Assembly (NCBI GenBank): GCA_043228905.1
Contig: JBHGNT010000609.1
Span: forward strand, 1 to 19,398
From: Azolla caroliniana
Taxonomy: Eukaryota; Plantae; Polypodiophyta
Length of the DNA stretch: 19,398 nucleotides
Direction: 5' to 3'
The position numbers and the translations under genes are program-made. The notes under the pieces were generated by a model that was not told where the DNA came from, made no database searches, and was given only the letters and a program-made list of their open reading frames with translations. Below, one piece after another: positions 17,123-19,398 of the stretch (position 1 is its first letter; every line of letters begins with the position of its first letter).

Positions 17123-19398
17123 TCACTTCGGCATGGGATGTCTCTCCAATCCGATCCTCTTCCGGCATGCTTCCAGCTTGTCGGGTGTGAGCACCTTGGT
17201 CAGCATATCCGACCCGTTCTCGTCCGTGTGGATCTTCGTCAGCACGAACTCCTTGTCTTCTATCCTTTCCCGGATCCAGTGATATCTTCGCTGGATGTGC
17301 TTCGTCCGGGAGTGATAGGCCGCGTTCTTCGCAAGGTGGATTGCACTCTGACTGTCGCAGTAGAGTCGGTACTCCTCCTGCCGGATACCGAGCTCTCTAA
17401 TGAAGTCCTTCATCCATATTACTTCCTTGCCGGCTTCAACAGCTGCCATGTACTCCGCCTCCGTGGTTGACAACGCAACCGTCTTCTGCAGCCTCGACTG
17501 CCATGAAACAGCTCCCCCTGCATACGTCATCACATACCCTGATGTGGACCGGCTGGTATCTGCATCAGCCGACATATCCGAATCGGTGAAGCCATCGAGT
17601 TCGGGCTTACCGGAGCCGAATCGGAGGCACACGTTTGCCGTGCCCTTCAGGTATCGGAGTATCCACATGGCCGCGTTCCAATGCTCTTTGCCGGGATTGC
17701 TCATGTACCGGCTCACCACTCCGACTGCATATCCTATGTCCGGTCTCGTACACACCATGGCGTACATCAAGCTCCCGACGGCTGAGGCATACGGCACTTT
17801 CATCATATCCTCCTTTCCAGCCTTTGTCTTGGGACTTTGCTTGCTGGACAGCTTGCAGTTTGCCGGGAGGGTCGATCCGACCGGTCTTGCTTCCGACATG
17901 TTGAACCGGTGAAGCACCTTCGTCACGTACTTCTCCTGTGACAGCCACAACAGCTTCTTCTTCCGGTCCCGGATGATGTGCATCCCTAGAATTTGTCTCG
18001 CCGAACCCAGGTCCTTCATTGAGAAGGCTCGGTGAAGAGCCTTCTTCAGCATCCGTATCTTGACCTGGTCCCGTCCGACGATCAACATGTCGTCCACATA
18101 CAGGAGGAGTATTAGAAAGTCTCCTCCTTCGAACTTCTTCACAAACACGCAGTGGTCGGACTGCGTTTTGAGGTACCCTTCGTCGGTCATGAAAGAGTCG
18201 AACTTTCGGTACCATTGTCGGGCAGCCTGCTTCAGTCCGTAAAGGCTCTTCTTCAACCGGCATACCAGGTGCTCCTTCCCTTTCTTCTCGAATCCTTCCG
18301 GTTGCTGCATGTAGATCTCTTCTTCGAGGTCACCGTGAAGGAATGCCGTCTTCACGTCCATCTGTTCTACCTCGAGGTCCATGCTTGCCGCTATGCTCAG
18401 CACCGTCCGGATGGAGGTCATCTTTACTACCGGGGCAAATATTTCGTCGAAGTCGACGCCCTTCTTCTGCTGGAACCCCTTCACCACGATCCTGGCTTTG
18501 TATCTCGGGGGGTTTCCGGCATCTCCCGGTTTCAGTTTGAACACCCACTTGTTGCGGAGTGCCCGTTTTCCTTTCGGCAGCTCCACAAGTTCATATGTAT
18601 GGTTCTCATGTAGGGAATCCATCTCGTCCTGCATGGCACTCAACCACCTGCGGCTCTGGGTGTCATGTTTTGCTTCTTCAAAGCTTTCCGGCTCCCCCTC
18701 GTCGGTTAGCAGCACGTGCTCTGGTTCCGGAAATCTCCGGGGGGCCCTTCTCTCTCTTAGAGGATATCTCCGTTCCGGAGCTTCGGTAACCGGTTCTTCC
18801 GATTCTTCTTCATCCGAATCCATTTCGGGATCGGAGCCGGTTCCGGTATCATTTTCATCTTCTTCGGCCGGTTCTGTTTCTTCACCGTCTTCGGCCGGAT
18901 CCTCGAGTGTTAACCGGTCCCTTGCCGGTCGGGACTGCTCCTCGTAGAGTTGATCCTCACCGGTCGACTTGGAGCTCTTCATCTTCTTCTCCGACTCCCA
19001 GTCGGCGAGTGTCTTGTCCTCCATGAAGATGATATCTCGACTCCTGAATATCTTCTTGTCGACCGGGTCCCATACTCGGTAGCCGAACTCGTCGTCGCCG
19101 TAACCGAGGAATATGCATGGCCGGGTCTTTGGATCTAGCTTTCCTCTCCGGTCCTTTGCCACATGCACGTATGCGAGACACCCGAACACCTTCAGATGCC
19201 GGTAGGATACTTCCCTACCGGTCCACACTCTCTGCGGCGTGTCTCCGTCCAAAGGTACTGAGGGTGATCTATTTATCACATACGTCGCCGTCGACATTGC
19301 CTCAGCCCAAAATCCCTTGGGTAGTTTCGCATGCGCCAGCATACTCCGGACCCTCTCCATTACGGTCCGGTTCATCCTCTCGGCCAGCCCATTCAGTT
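17123..19398 (-). CDS. pol: Ty1/Copia Pol polyprotein (integrase core end, RT, RNaseH), Tnt1/Tto1 (Tork)-like; 5'-partial
   Basis: NGLAERMNRT, FWAEA, FLGYGDDEFGYR, RYKARIV, QMDVKTAFLHGDL, SLYGLKQ, LYVDDML, TKHI; open for more than 750 codons in Copia INT-RT-RH order. Confidence 0.96.
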   Translation of the reverse strand, partial: LNGLAERMNRTVMERVRSMLAHAKLPKGFWAEAMSTATYVINRSPSVPLDGDTPQRVWTGREVSYRHLKVFGCLAYVHVAKDRRGKLDPKTRPCIFLGYGDDEFGYRVWDPVDKKIFRSRDIIFMEDKTLADWESEKKMKSSKSTGEDQLYEEQSRPARDRLTLEDPAEDGEETEPAEEDENDTGTGSDPEMDSDEEESEEPVTEAPERRYPLRERRAPRRFPEPEHVLLTDEGEPESFEEAKHDTQSRRWLSAMQDEMDSLHENHTYELVELPKGKRALRNKWVFKLKPGDAGNPPRYKARIVVKGFQQKKGVDFDEIFAPVVKMTSIRTVLSIAASMDLEVEQMDVKTAFLHGDLEEEIYMQQPEGFEKKGKEHLVCRLKKSLYGLKQAARQWYRKFDSFMTDEGYLKTQSDHCVFVKKFEGGDFLILLLYVDDMLIVGRDQVKIRMLKKALHRAFSMKDLGSARQILGMHIIRDRKKKLLWLSQEKYVTKVLHRFNMSEARPVGSTLPANCKLSSKQSPKTKAGKEDMMKVPYASAVGSLMYAMVCTRPDIGYAVGVVSRYMSNPGKEHWNAAMWILRYLKGTANVCLRFGSGKPELDGFTDSDMSADADTSRSTSGYVMTYAGGAVSWQSRLQKTVALSTTEAEYMAAVEAGKEVIWMKDFIRELGIRQEEYRLYCDSQSAIHLAKNAAYHSRTKHIQRRYHWIRERIEDKEFVLTKIHTDENGSDMLTKVLTPDKLEACRKRIGLERHPMPK

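Larger units (their letters stand above)
16492..19398 (-). mobile_element. Copia copy C3 (runs off the right edge; intact within the window)
   Basis: Uninterrupted INT-RT-RH frame, PPT and LTR 16492-17112. Confidence 0.96.

Noticed and set aside
12573-19138. Numerous + strand ORFs opposite Copia pol (e.g. 13889..14683, 17400..17912, 18381..18947)
   Set aside because: Antisense shadows of GC-rich pol codons, with no recognisable domains and inconsistent extents among copies.

Overview
Eukaryotic (land-plant, possibly bryophyte) heterochromatin-like window made almost entirely of nested LTR retrotransposons; no host gene or RNA gene is evident. Left part (+ strand): a degenerate non-chromovirus Ty3/Gypsy element (gag-protease, -1 frameshift, RT/RNaseH deleted, integrase, PPT, partial 3' LTR), an unassigned AT-rich segment, and a non-autonomous LARD-like Gypsy derivative (1.4-kb LTRs, tRNA-Trp PBS, telo-box tandem array, repetitive internal ORFs). 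Right part (- strand): several Ty1/Copia fragments, a probable solo LTR, a second degenerate Gypsy copy, and three Tnt1/Tork-like Copia 3' halves stacked in the same orientation (most simply a Russian-doll nest). The most notable signals are a slippery site plus H-type pseudoknot conserved after the protease stop in both divergent Gypsy copies, the same-family Copia nest, and the non-autonomous element. All alignments were done by eye; no database search was run.
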